Assembly (NCBI GenBank): GCA_040217195.1
Contig: JAVJNR010000004.1
Span: forward strand, 608,001-672,000
Direction of reading: 5' to 3'
Origin: Leptospiraceae bacterium
Lineage (GTDB): Bacteria; Spirochaetota; Leptospiria; Leptospirales; Leptonemataceae
DNA length: 64,000 nucleotides
Positions 48,010-57,748 of this stretch are shown in pieces. How positions within the stretch are numbered: position 1 is the stretch's first letter; each line of letters opens with the position of its first letter. A program made the position numbers and the translations under genes. Below the pieces are notes generated by a model that was not told the origin of the DNA, ran no database searches, and saw only the letters and a list, made by a program, of their open reading frames with translations.

Positions 48010-49068
48010 CTAGGCCACAGACAGGGTTCGCCTGGCTCTGCGAAAGAAGTGGCCGAAACCTGCAAGCAATCCTGGAACATGATGAATAGAACCCAGAACA
48101 CTGGTCTGGTCCCCGTGAGATAGTAGAGGAGTGATTGTGAGCCGAACGTCTCGGCCCGAGTCCTTAAGCATTCGATGCAATTGCCTGGATTCAGAAGCAG
48201 GCACAACTCTATCATCCTGTCCATGTATGAGAGTTACCGCGGCCTTCAAGTTCTGGATCACTGAAGAATTGGCCACACTCAAATCGTCCGGGCTATGCCC
48301 GCGGACCCTTCCCTGCTTTTCAATAACATTCCAGTGAAATCGTCGCACGGCAACACTGGAACGAATCGATTCAAAAAGCTTTCGATCTGAAGGAGCCATT
48401 CTTTTCAAGCAGGAGGGCAGTTCCGGCTCTCTGTAATGAAAATAGCTATCCTCGATGGCTATCTTTAGAGCCCTTTCCAGTTGCGGATTATGGCCGATGG
48501 AAAGATGCAGATAGTTTAGAAGCAGGATGAGTCTTCCGTACTCATCCACATCGGAATCCACAAAAAGTTTTTCGATTACATTTGGTGCGCTGGCAAAAGA
48601 TCCCAGAGCACAGATGGCATCCACTCCCTGCCTTACGGCCGGGTCCGCCGCCGCAATAAGACTTACAGTCCCGGCGAAAGAAGGCGCGAAAATACTTACA
48701 TGACCATCAGGACACAGATCCTGTTTATTCTGAGCGGCTTCAATGAATGATCGCACCTGCCTGACATTCTGAACGCCAATGCGATAGTTGCAAAGATCCT
48801 GCATAAAGGGCGATATCACTCGATACCCGATGCCGGCCATTGCCTGGTTCAATCTCTGAAACCTGGGGTCCTTGTTCCCCAGAGGCGCCAGGCCATTAAT
48901 GGTTAAAATCACTCCACGACACCGGGAGGCAGGCAATGGAGCACCTCTGAGTAAAGGATCGTATATATCGATGCGAACCTCTCCATCATCCGTATCTAGA
49001 ATATCCTCCGAAAGACGATGAGGACGAAAACGGCCGGTAAGCATTTGAAAAAGAAATCCAGCGGACAT
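48010..49068 (-). CDS. Alpha/beta hydrolase-fold protein
   Basis: APSFAG (nucleophile elbow variant), LIHGQDDRVVP, LLSHGD. Confidence 0.75.
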   Translation of the reverse strand: MSAGFLFQMLTGRFRPHRLSEDILDTDDGEVRIDIYDPLLRGAPLPASRCRGVILTINGLAPLGNKDPRFQRLNQAMAGIGYRVISPFMQDLCNYRIGVQNVRQVRSFIEAAQNKQDLCPDGHVSIFAPSFAGTVSLIAAADPAVRQGVDAICALGSFASAPNVIEKLFVDSDVDEYGRLILLLNYLHLSIGHNPQLERALKIAIEDSYFHYREPELPSCLKRMAPSDRKLFESIRSSVAVRRFHWNVIEKQGRVRGHSPDDLSVANSSVIQNLKAAVTLIHGQDDRVVPASESRQLHRMLKDSGRDVRLTITPLLSHGDQTSVLGSIHHVPGLLAGFGHFFRRARRTLSVA

Positions 49069-49118
49069 GCATCCAGAGAGCCCGATCTCATGTCAATTGC
49101 ATGGCAGTAATATGAAGA

Positions 49119-50303
49119 TTAGCTGGCTTTCCGTCTCCATTCCATGGGTGTCCCTCCCTTGTATTCTTTGAACAATCGATTGAATGTAGCCTTGGAGCTA
49201 AACCCGGATTCCAGGGCCACTCTAATGACCGGCCAGTTAGAATAACCAGGGTCCGCAAGGAGCTCGGAGGCATGTTCTACCCGAAGTCCATTAATGTAAC
49301 GATAGAAGTTCTGGTTTATGCCCTGGTTCAGAAGGAAACTTACCTGATGACGGCTCCGACCAAGCATCCTGGCCAGACTTTCCAGGGTTAAGTCCGAATC
49401 CAGATATAGTCTCTGACTTTCAATAGAGTTTCTTAACTCTTGAACCTCCTGGTCGGATGGTCCTTCCGGGACATCTTCCTTCCATTCAAGATTGGCCTCA
49501 CGGGCTGGAATTTGATCGTTCTGAAATATTAGATTCTCTGGCTCAGTTGGCCGATCGTCTGTACCGCCGGAATCGTCGGATTCGGAGTAAACTGGCCTCT
49601 GCCGGGCAAGAAACAGAGAAAAAGATACAATAAGTAATAGAAAGCCAGATCCATGTAGCTCTTGATTCAACTCCGGACCCGATGGCCAGATCGTCCCTGT
49701 GGTACGATGGATGGCTAGAAAAAGGTTAATAAACAAAAACAAAGCCAGTAGCACATAGGCAGATCGCAGGCTTTTCATCTCATTGATTTGCGAAAGTTTT
49801 TCGGCTATTCTCCGATTGTGTTTACGAAGCAGAATAAAGATCAAAGCGCTATATAAAACGGTCATCCCGACGTCCAGAAATGGCATGAAGCCCGGGCCGC
49901 GAGGGGCCGGAGGTCCGGGCGGACCGGAAAGACCGGGGGCTGGTGGCCCTCCTCCGAAATAAGGGATCAATGCGATGACTACAAAGAGCAGGGCCGGCGG
50001 AAGCCACTCGATCATTCGTAGCCTGACATCTGGTCGGGTAAGCTTACGAATAAAAAGATAAAACAGTGGTCCATAGATCAGGGGTATGGCAGGTAAAAGC
50101 AGAAATCGGGGCAAATGCTCTATGAGACCAGCGTTCACCAGAAGAGGCTGCACCAGAGGTCGCAGCATTGTAAATAACCAGACGAAAGCCAGAAAATCCA
50201 GAACCGGTCGCTTCTCCTGCGATGGCCTGGTTAGAATTATCAATGCGGAAAATACAAGGATTGCAAGTCCGGCAACAATTGCATATTTCGTATCGGGAAA
50301 CAT
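49119..50303 (-). CDS. Membrane-anchored AraC-family transcriptional regulator
   Basis: Multi-TM N-terminus; C-terminal YLDSDLTLESLA...NFYRYINGLRV...SGFSSKATFNRLFK...GTP. Confidence 0.93.
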   Translation of the reverse strand: MFPDTKYAIVAGLAILVFSALIILTRPSQEKRPVLDFLAFVWLFTMLRPLVQPLLVNAGLIEHLPRFLLLPAIPLIYGPLFYLFIRKLTRPDVRLRMIEWLPPALLFVVIALIPYFGGGPPAPGLSGPPGPPAPRGPGFMPFLDVGMTVLYSALIFILLRKHNRRIAEKLSQINEMKSLRSAYVLLALFLFINLFLAIHRTTGTIWPSGPELNQELHGSGFLLLIVSFSLFLARQRPVYSESDDSGGTDDRPTEPENLIFQNDQIPAREANLEWKEDVPEGPSDQEVQELRNSIESQRLYLDSDLTLESLARMLGRSRHQVSFLLNQGINQNFYRYINGLRVEHASELLADPGYSNWPVIRVALESGFSSKATFNRLFKEYKGGTPMEWRRKAS

Positions 50304-50333
50304 AATGCATCCCCGGGATTGTCTCTGGACTGA

Positions 50334-51077
50334 TTATTTTTCCTGATGCAGAAGTCGAATATCTGCTACAAGACGTTTAAGATCCCCGGATCCTCTTACG
50401 TTGTAAATTCCGCGTAAATATCCATTCCGGTCCACTAGAAAAGCTTCCTCTGAATGCAGAAAGTCCTGGGCTCCTTTTCTGGATCTTAATTCAGTGTCTG
50501 CGCCAAAGGTATCCCTTGCAAGGGAATAGATCCGTTCTCGGTTACCGGTGAGCAAATGCCAGTTCACTTCCTGAATTCCCAATCGCCCAGCATAGTCCTT
50601 CATTACTTTTGGAGTATCCACATCAGGTGTTACTGATAGTGAAATCATTTCAACTTTCTGCAGATCGGAAATGTCATTTTGCACCTGACGGAGTCGAGGC
50701 ATGATCATGGGACAGATGCCGTTGCACTCAGTGAAAAAGAAATTCGCCAGGTAAATATTTCCAGATAGTTCTGAACTACCAAAGCCCTGCCCATTTTGAT
50801 CCACAAAGCTAAATCCAGGAACTCTTCTGGCATCTTCTGGCAATTCCTGTTTTTTCCATACAGGCTGAAAGTCCGAACCCGCCAGGTAGGGCAGTCGATT
50901 GGGATCCCCTTCAGCGAAGCTGCGAATATCCTCTCCGTAACGTTCCCTGGGGTCGAAGTCCTGATTTTCCCTTTTACAGCCTGCAAATGCTATTAGCAAA
51001 ACCACAGCCATGATCGGCGAAATCGTAACTGCCAGGCATTTCGGAAAAAAACGAATCTCTGATTTGATTCCTTTCAT
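50334..51077 (-). CDS. SCO1/SenC family copper chaperone lipoprotein
   Basis: FFFTECNGICP (CxxxC), SVTPDVDTP, FLHSE; lipobox FAGC. Confidence 0.93.
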   Translation of the reverse strand: MKGIKSEIRFFPKCLAVTISPIMAVVLLIAFAGCKRENQDFDPRERYGEDIRSFAEGDPNRLPYLAGSDFQPVWKKQELPEDARRVPGFSFVDQNGQGFGSSELSGNIYLANFFFTECNGICPMIMPRLRQVQNDISDLQKVEMISLSVTPDVDTPKVMKDYAGRLGIQEVNWHLLTGNRERIYSLARDTFGADTELRSRKGAQDFLHSEEAFLVDRNGYLRGIYNVRGSGDLKRLVADIRLLHQEK

Positions 51078-51109
51078 ATAATCACTCCTTCTGAGGCCGA
51101 TCTGGACCT

Positions 51110-51682
51110 TTAATTGCGGCTAGCTTTTATGAGCTCAGGAATGGTTGCTTCTACTCCATTGCATAGATCGCTACCTATCAAGCCCACAATTCGATGAGAT
51201 CCTACCTGTACATAGTTGGAGTATATCTGGCCTGTGTATCTCCAGGTCTTATGACCTATTGGCTTTCCGGAAACAAATTGCGAATAGGTATAAAGCTTCC
51301 CGTTTTCATGCCAGGAATAGGCTTCTCCATGCTGCACTCCATCTTCGTATTCTATGAAGAATCGCATCTGCCCGGACCGATACCAGCCGCGATGAATTCC
51401 TGTGCGTTTTCCCATTTCATGGGGGCGCTCCGAGGCCAGCCGTCCATCGTTGTACCATTCCCGTTCAATGCCATGGATCTTTCCGTCTATATACGGAGTC
51501 TCCCGCCAGCCCCCTGGGAGTTCTGTTCGCATGATTCCTTGATAGACATCGCCCTCAAAAAGCATGATTCCATTGCTGATCTGAAAACCGGGATGGGAGT
51601 TCAACACTCCCTCCCGATTCCTTCTACAACCGGGCCCTGCTGCAAGCAGAACCACCAGTAAAATCCAACTGGACGCTCGCAT
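51110..51682 (-). CDS. MORN-variant repeat (YwqK-like) lipoprotein
   Basis: Repeats GKIHGIEREWYNDG, GKRTGIHRGWYRSG, GVQHGEAYSWHENG; signal ending GPGC. Start at ATG 51682. Confidence 0.85.
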   Translation of the reverse strand: MRASSWILLVVLLAAGPGCRRNREGVLNSHPGFQISNGIMLFEGDVYQGIMRTELPGGWRETPYIDGKIHGIEREWYNDGRLASERPHEMGKRTGIHRGWYRSGQMRFFIEYEDGVQHGEAYSWHENGKLYTYSQFVSGKPIGHKTWRYTGQIYSNYVQVGSHRIVGLIGSDLCNGVEATIPELIKASRN

Positions 51683-51692
51683 TAGAGCTACC

Positions 51693-52535
51693 TCAGTTGC
51701 TAACCGTGCCTTTGGTACCGTGAAAATCCTGCTTGAGCACAAGATAGCCTCCGGAACCTGCATCATAGTTCACATGATAGTGGTAAACACTGGTGCCCAG
51801 CGTTGAGTGAGTATGCGTATGTCCGCCATTGGCATCCAAAGCCGGTGTGCCTGTGCCTGGAGGATTACCGCTGGGATCGTTACGTCCGAAAATGGCGTAT
51901 CCGTCCAGCGCGATTCCAACTAGTTCAGAACCATTGTTGGTAATCTTATAGGGTTCAGTATGATGGTGATACTGTCCGATGTCTGTGGGATGCCCATTGC
52001 CGGAATCCATTGTATCCAGTTCGGCTGCCAGGGTATCTCCGGGCGCGGCTGCATTGTTATAAACCGCCAGACCATTCGTAGTTACTCCCATGGCTCCAAA
52101 GTCGGTGGTACTCCCGCCTGTATCCGGTGTGGCTGGAATGGTAAGTGTAATATTCTGCGAAGAGATGGTATTCGGATTGGCTGAATTTCCTGATGGAAAG
52201 TCATTCAAATAGCAGCCCGAGATCTGACTGTAATATCCATTCTGATACGGTGGAAGGTTACTTGTTTGAAATACGTAGTTTCCTCCGCTGGATGTAATGG
52301 TCATACAGGTGAAGTTATCTTTGATCCAGGAAGGTAGCGATGTATCGTTGTTTGTTACACAGGAGTTACATCCTGCAGAAGAAGATGCAAGAGCCAGCAC
52401 TCCCAGAGCTACTACATCATCGTTACCGTCATCGGATTGAAGCAAATCGCAGCTTCCCACCGAACCTATGGTCAGCGACAACGAAAGTAGCGTTGCCCAT
52501 AGAATGCCTGTTTTTCTATTCTTTAAATCTTTCAT
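51693..52535 (-). CDS. YHYH-domain lipoprotein
   Basis: NGHPTDIGQYHHH, GIALDGYAIFG, LDANGGHTH, VYHYH; lipoprotein-type signal VGSC; RBS GGAG. Confidence 0.9.
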   Translation of the reverse strand: MKDLKNRKTGILWATLLSLSLTIGSVGSCDLLQSDDGNDDVVALGVLALASSSAGCNSCVTNNDTSLPSWIKDNFTCMTITSSGGNYVFQTSNLPPYQNGYYSQISGCYLNDFPSGNSANPNTISSQNITLTIPATPDTGGSTTDFGAMGVTTNGLAVYNNAAAPGDTLAAELDTMDSGNGHPTDIGQYHHHTEPYKITNNGSELVGIALDGYAIFGRNDPSGNPPGTGTPALDANGGHTHTHSTLGTSVYHYHVNYDAGSGGYLVLKQDFHGTKGTVSN

Positions 52536-52666
52536 GGGAAATCTCCAAATCTTTTGGAACAGCCGAATTCAAAATCCAGCTGCTTTCTACACTCAACAGA
52601 CTGGAAAACGGTCCAGAATCTACAACTGCAAATGCGCCCATGGGGCCCCTAACCCCCTAAAACAGG

Positions 52667-52688
52667 GTCTCATTCGATCCAATGAGAC
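52667..52688. promoter_or_regulatory. Palindrome upstream of the YHYH operon (candidate regulator site)
   Basis: GTCTCATT-cgatcc-AATGAGAC, 8-bp perfect arms, about 130 bp upstream of the YHYH start. Confidence 0.6.
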
Positions 52689-53104
52689 AGGGAAGCCCCC
52701 TAATTCGCCTGCATCCTGATTATATGATCCATGGATCGACCTAACGCATAAACTCCATCCCTCCGGGAGTTTCCTGGTTTCGATTAGTGATGGCTTTCGC
52801 CCCCCGGGCCAGGCAGTAGAATAACCTGGCTTATTCCGGTGCCAGGATTACCTTGCCTAAAGCAAAGGAAGGCAAGAGCCATCAGATGCCAGAACGTCGG
52901 GTGAGCATACATCCCGTATGTATGCTGGTACAGGAATTCGGCCTTGCCCCCGGAGCAACTGTACCGGCCAGAATTAACCTCGAATTGATCGCAGAGGTAC
53001 TGCGAGATTGGAACAGGCATGATGCAGGTCTATCTTAGCGCGGTGCATGCACCAGGACTCTCCGGAATCCATCTTCTTAAGAGACCGGCACTTTCCCGGG
53101 AAGC

Positions 53105-53656
53105 TCATGTGGATTGGCCTTTCCGCTGCCTTACCTTGCGGATATAGATTTTCTTTTCTACTCTTGATACCACTCGATCCTGTTCATCAAGAATGGATAC
53201 ATGAAAGGTCTCTATGGTCTTTCTTTTGATGGCTACCTCTTCTCGGATCCTATCCAGTGTGGACTCATCCAGACTGAACTCGGCCCGCACCTTTCCCTGA
53301 CCTGGTCTCACAAACTCAATACTTCCAGCCTGATCCCAGACAATGTAAGAAGGACCCAACCGTTTCATCAGAAGGAACATATAAAATGGATCACACATCG
53401 CATATAGAGAGCCACCAAAATGGACGCCTACGTAATTGGTATTCCAGAATCTCTGCTTCATCTCCACAATAATACGATCGTAGTTCTTGCTCAAATGAGT
53501 CAGCCGAACCCCGGCTCCCAGATAAGGTGAGTACAGCATTATAGCCCATCTCAGCCCAAAGACTTTTTCAGCCCATCGCCAGAGAAAGTACGGCTGAAAA
53601 TCAGTTTCTCCATCTCCAGTGAGTCTTCTCTTTCGGTTTTCAGATTGCTTTTTCAT
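53105..53656 (-). CDS. DUF4442/YiiD-like hotdog-fold thioesterase
   Basis: YSPYLGAGV, NTNYVGVHFGGSLYAMCDPFYM, YIVWD...IEFVRPG. Confidence 0.9.
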   Translation of the reverse strand: MKKQSENRKRRLTGDGETDFQPYFLWRWAEKVFGLRWAIMLYSPYLGAGVRLTHLSKNYDRIIVEMKQRFWNTNYVGVHFGGSLYAMCDPFYMFLLMKRLGPSYIVWDQAGSIEFVRPGQGKVRAEFSLDESTLDRIREEVAIKRKTIETFHVSILDEQDRVVSRVEKKIYIRKVRQRKGQST

Positions 53657-53657
53657 A

Positions 53658-54119
53658 TTAATCTGGATAGGGCAGATAACCCTTCTGCTTTAACTGAATG
53701 TAAAATCCTTCCAGCACAGAAAGGATTTGAGTGGAGTCCGACAGGTTCGACTGCAGTTCCTGTTCTACCTTGCGGTACAGTGCAAGACATCTTCGAGCCA
53801 GAGCCTTTCCTTCTGGTTTGAGGCGAACCGAGTAAGTCCTTCGGTTCTCAATTGAGGCATTACGATCCAGCAAACCCTTCCTGTACAGTGCCTGTACCAC
53901 AGTCGTCATGGTACCCGGGTCCTTTTGTAGATCCCGGGCCAGGGAGCTCATATCGGCATTCTTTCTTCTCTCCAGCAGTAGCAGCACTTCCGCCTGAGCC
54001 CGGCTCATTCCTGGAATACGATTTCGCAATTCTCGACTGATTTGAAGATCCAGAGCTTCTCCGATCCTAACCGAATAGGCCAGCAGACCGGGCATTGAAA
54101 CCTTAGATGTTTGAGCCAC
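53658..54119 (-). CDS. MarR family transcriptional regulator
   Basis: AQAEVLLLL...MSSLARDLQKDPGTMTTVVQALYRKGLL...ENRR...LKPEG. Confidence 0.9.
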   Translation of the reverse strand: MAQTSKVSMPGLLAYSVRIGEALDLQISRELRNRIPGMSRAQAEVLLLLERRKNADMSSLARDLQKDPGTMTTVVQALYRKGLLDRNASIENRRTYSVRLKPEGKALARRCLALYRKVEQELQSNLSDSTQILSVLEGFYIQLKQKGYLPYPD

Positions 54120-54129
54120 AAAACCATTT

Positions 54130-54161
54130 TACTTGGAGATCCAATTATTGGCAATCCAAGT
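54130..54161. promoter_or_regulatory. Candidate MarR autoregulatory operator
   Basis: TACTTGGA-GA-TCCAATTA (54130-54147), 10 bp upstream of the marR start, followed by a second TTGG-caat-CCAA. Confidence 0.6.
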
Positions 54162-54202
54162 TTCAATCGTAGAACCGGGTATGTATTGGCCCGATAAAAA
54201 CA

Positions 54203-54718
54203 TCAGGCAATGGGATCAGGACAGACAGATCGTAGCTTGCAGGGCTTACAGAATTCACCCATACAAAGTGCATCCAGTCTATCCATCATGGATTGAATTT
54301 GAACTGCATCCGTGGTGCGAACTGCCATTTCAAAGTTCCGTTTATGAATTCCTTTAGCGCCCAGGCCAGCCCCGGTAAGATTCGCAGAGCCAAGCAAAGC
54401 AGATTTACCATCTACGATTACGCATTTGGAATGATTTCTGGGGCACAGGAAGCGCTCAAATCGATCCGATTCCAGTAATTCAGGAAAGCGGTCAAATTCC
54501 TTGCGAAAGAAAGGCCCAGGCTCCTTTGCATGAATTAGCCTTACTTCCACCCCATTTCTTACCAGACCTGCAAATATCTCCAGAATTGAACGGAACTTTT
54601 TCCCGGATTCGATATATGTAGATTTAATGTCTGCCGTAGCAATCCATACAAATCGTCTGGCCTGAAGCAAGTCCTGCTGAAAGGAGGAATAGATCTGCTC
54701 GGAGAAAAGAAGCTCCAC
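54203..54718 (-). CDS. Single-HKD phospholipase D/nuclease-like protein
   Basis: HSKCVIVD (HxKxxxxD), GSANLT, RNFE; C-terminal C-x4-C-x2-C-x5-C. Confidence 0.85.
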   Translation of the reverse strand: MELLFSEQIYSSFQQDLLQARRFVWIATADIKSTYIESGKKFRSILEIFAGLVRNGVEVRLIHAKEPGPFFRKEFDRFPELLESDRFERFLCPRNHSKCVIVDGKSALLGSANLTGAGLGAKGIHKRNFEMAVRTTDAVQIQSMMDRLDALCMGEFCKPCKLRSVCPDPIA

Positions 54719-54783
54719 GTTTCATTCTCGGTGATTTACCGAATATTCTGGACAATCCGGCAATTTTGCACGTAATTCTATCT

Positions 54784-55488
54784 ATGAATCTGCCAACTGA
54801 AGCCATCCTGTATGTGGGCGATCCTATGTGTTCCTGGTGCTATGGATTCAATCCTGTATTGTCCAAAGTGGAGGAAGTTTACAGCGATCGAATGCCGGTG
54901 AAGGCTGTGATGGGTGGTTTAAGACCGGGAGATCTTGCCGAGCCCCTGGATGAAAGACTCAGCAAATTCTTGCAGCACCACTGGCAGCAGGTTGAGCAAG
55001 CCACCGGTCAGCCTTTCAACTATGAATTCCTGAATCGTCCTGGATTCGTATACGATACAGAACCGTCCTGCAGGGCCGTAGTAAGCTTTCGTAATTTTCT
55101 GCCCCAGAGGGAACTATCCTTCTTTTCTGATTTGCAATCGTCCTTCTACCGGGACGGCCAGGATCCCTGCAACACAGATACCTTTGTGAATCTTGTAGAG
55201 AAATACGATCTGGATGGGGAACAATTTCGTGAATTTTTCGACAGCGATGAGGCCAGGTACCAAACAAGCCTGGATTTTCAGCTGGGTCGTGCGGTGGGGG
55301 TCACAGGGTTTCCAGCACTGGTGCATCTAAAAGATCAACGAGCCATGGTCATCTCTTACGGATACACTCCATTTGATCGAATCCAGGATGTGATGGACAA
55401 CCTGATTTTAAAACCGGCCACTGGAGGCGACCGCGATGACGAGGCCTCTTCAGGAGAAGCTTGCGACATAGACTCTGGAGATTGCTAG
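54784..55488 (+). CDS. DsbA-family (thioredoxin-fold) protein
   Basis: YVGDPMCSWCYGF, GVTGFP. Confidence 0.9.
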   Translation: MNLPTEAILYVGDPMCSWCYGFNPVLSKVEEVYSDRMPVKAVMGGLRPGDLAEPLDERLSKFLQHHWQQVEQATGQPFNYEFLNRPGFVYDTEPSCRAVVSFRNFLPQRELSFFSDLQSSFYRDGQDPCNTDTFVNLVEKYDLDGEQFREFFDSDEARYQTSLDFQLGRAVGVTGFPALVHLKDQRAMVISYGYTPFDRIQDVMDNLILKPATGGDRDDEASSGEACDIDSGDC

Positions 55489-55561
55489 AATCGCATGTGC
55501 GATAATCCGCAAATCGCAATGTTTGCCTGACTTCCTTCAGCCTGGCCTTTTTCAAGCTCAT

Positions 55562-57595
55562 CTACTGTACAAGAAATTCGAAACTTCTTGTTGGTGAAGG
55601 ATTACCTGCATAGTCACGCACCTGCACAGTGGCTGTGTATCGGCCCGGTTTCAATATCTCCTCCGGATAAAAGATTTCATAGCCATACCGGTCCGGATTC
55701 CACTCAGCAAGGGCCGGTTTGCCGTTCACTTCCAGCTGGATACTGCTAACATTGACTCCAGTTCCATAGTCTGCAAAGAAACGTAATGAAAGAAGAACCG
55801 GTCGGCCTGGACTTGTACGGAGAAGTGGAATTCTGCGAATGACCGGGGCAGATAAATCCTTCAGCACTACATACTTTTCTATTGTTCGAATGTAGCCTGT
55901 AATCTTTCCGTTCCGGCTGAAAGCCACAGGATACAGAGCACCCGAATCCGTAATGCGATATAGACCATCGTTATCTTCAAAGCCCTCCAGAGTAATTTGC
56001 AGGGGATCCAGAACAAATATCCTGTTGCGAAATACCATACCAGTCAATTCGTCCAGGTTACGAGCCTTGATCGAATATACCGAGGATAGTCGCTTTAGCT
56101 TTCCAGTGGCAGGCGCCTCTTCGCTTTGAATCACCTGAAATCGAACGGCTCCTGTAAGACTATGAGGACCTACGTGCAATTTCATCTTTTCATCGGAACT
56201 TTCAAGTATCAGATCCTTGCCCGGCCGACCCACTCCGGAGGATGAATCCATGGCATCCTTCAGACGTTCATCCATTGAGTAGGGTGCCCAGCCCAGATTC
56301 TCATGGGACACATTTAGCAGGGACAGAGTAGCCGGCCCACCTTTGAGTTTGAGGTCCACCGTCGAGAGGTTACCCACTGCGTCCTGAAGCTCCAGGCGAA
56401 TTTTTGACTCCTCCCCTGGATCTGGATCTGTGAGTCGGCCAAAATCACTTGATTCCAGAAAAGGATACTTTCCCGGAAGGAGATCGAATGCATTGTGAAT
56501 ATACTGAGTCCCTCCACCGATTCGGGAGGATTCGCTATAGAGCATCAAATGCCTGAAGGATCCATGATGCTTCAAAGTAAGAAAAGAAGAGGAGTATTTG
56601 GAGCGATCATCCTGCAGCAAGCGAAGACTGGAGATCCCCAGACGTGCATACTTGCCGGAAGGATCGAAGTATCGCACTTGCAGACAGGTCTTACCTTGAA
56701 CGATAACCGGCCTGGGCACTTCGTAGATCCGGGAAGAACAATCCTGAATCTTATCCCCGCAACTGGATCGCTCGGCCACAGAAATAACCTGAGGCGCCTC
56801 TTTTCCATTCACGGTTGCGCCAGATTCGCAGGGAATCAACACAATGGACTCCACCAGAGGTGCCCGGCGGTCTTCCAGGGTCAGTCCGTGCTTTAGAGGA
56901 TTCAGAACCAGGTCGCCTTCTAGATATTCAAAATGTAAATGCGATGGACCAGAGCCCGTATCTCCGCTCAGGGCAATCTGTTCGCCTCTCTGCACCGGAA
57001 CCTGATTCGCAGAAAAGCGTAGATCGAATCGCTTTCGAAGCTTGATCCAGTCCTTTAGCTCGGGATGCAGTTCAAATAGCCTTTTCAGAAGCTCAGGGGC
57101 GTATTCAGATAGATGACCATATTTTGATTCACGACCGTCCGGATGCCTTACCCAGATACCATATCCCAGCCCATATCCATCATACAAGATGCGCGAAACA
57201 TAGCCCACGCGAACCGAATAGACGGGATCCCCTTTCTCACTTGAAAGATCGATTCCATAATGAAAATGACTTCTTCTGTACTCTCCTGTGGTCCCGGTTA
57301 ATACCAGAGGAAGATCCAGAGGCGGATGAAGGTTTTGGGCTTCATGTTCAGGCTCTTTGCTGGTGGCTTTACGCTCAGCCTCGGAACCCTGCCCCTCCTG
57401 AGAAGTCTCGGATTCTCCTGCCCGGGGCTGCCTGTCAGGCTTGGCCTCCACCGATTTCTGCTCAACCGGCTCCTGACGCTGGACTCCTCCCTGACACAGG
57501 GCCGAAAAGGAATACAATAATACTAGTGCCAGAAGAATTGAGAATCTATCACGGCTGGTTCTTAACCGTCGAAAAAATGCGACATAATCTATCAT
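55562..57595 (-). CDS. M23 family metallopeptidase
   Basis: HFHYGID (HxxxD), YGHL, GPSHLHFE (HxH); N-terminal TM/signal. Confidence 0.9.
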   Translation of the reverse strand: MIDYVAFFRRLRTSRDRFSILLALVLLYSFSALCQGGVQRQEPVEQKSVEAKPDRQPRAGESETSQEGQGSEAERKATSKEPEHEAQNLHPPLDLPLVLTGTTGEYRRSHFHYGIDLSSEKGDPVYSVRVGYVSRILYDGYGLGYGIWVRHPDGRESKYGHLSEYAPELLKRLFELHPELKDWIKLRKRFDLRFSANQVPVQRGEQIALSGDTGSGPSHLHFEYLEGDLVLNPLKHGLTLEDRRAPLVESIVLIPCESGATVNGKEAPQVISVAERSSCGDKIQDCSSRIYEVPRPVIVQGKTCLQVRYFDPSGKYARLGISSLRLLQDDRSKYSSSFLTLKHHGSFRHLMLYSESSRIGGGTQYIHNAFDLLPGKYPFLESSDFGRLTDPDPGEESKIRLELQDAVGNLSTVDLKLKGGPATLSLLNVSHENLGWAPYSMDERLKDAMDSSSGVGRPGKDLILESSDEKMKLHVGPHSLTGAVRFQVIQSEEAPATGKLKRLSSVYSIKARNLDELTGMVFRNRIFVLDPLQITLEGFEDNDGLYRITDSGALYPVAFSRNGKITGYIRTIEKYVVLKDLSAPVIRRIPLLRTSPGRPVLLSLRFFADYGTGVNVSSIQLEVNGKPALAEWNPDRYGYEIFYPEEILKPGRYTATVQVRDYAGNPSPTRSFEFLVQ

Positions 57596-57748
57596 AGGAT
57601 CTCCTGCCCGTTCATCTGCTCGAACCGTCCGGCTTTGCCGCTCGCCGGGCCGGAAACAAAGAATCTGTGGTTATTTTACCTGCCAGAGCAGATTGGAAAG
57701 CGCAAAAATGAGTGGCATCCCCGGGCTATCTGTATTAGGTTTTTTATC

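Noticed and set aside
51110..51682. Toxin-antitoxin system (YwqK antitoxin)
   Set aside because: Only MORN-variant repeats; exported lipoprotein with no adjacent toxin gene.
52700..53100. Small ORFs (52784-53020, 52853-53038) or an ncRNA in the long gap
   Set aside because: No motif, RBS or recognisable riboswitch/ncRNA consensus by eye; an Rfam scan would be needed.
54203..54718. Anti-phage defence nuclease
   Set aside because: PLD domain is stand-alone, with no helicase, methylase or other defence genes nearby and no island signature.
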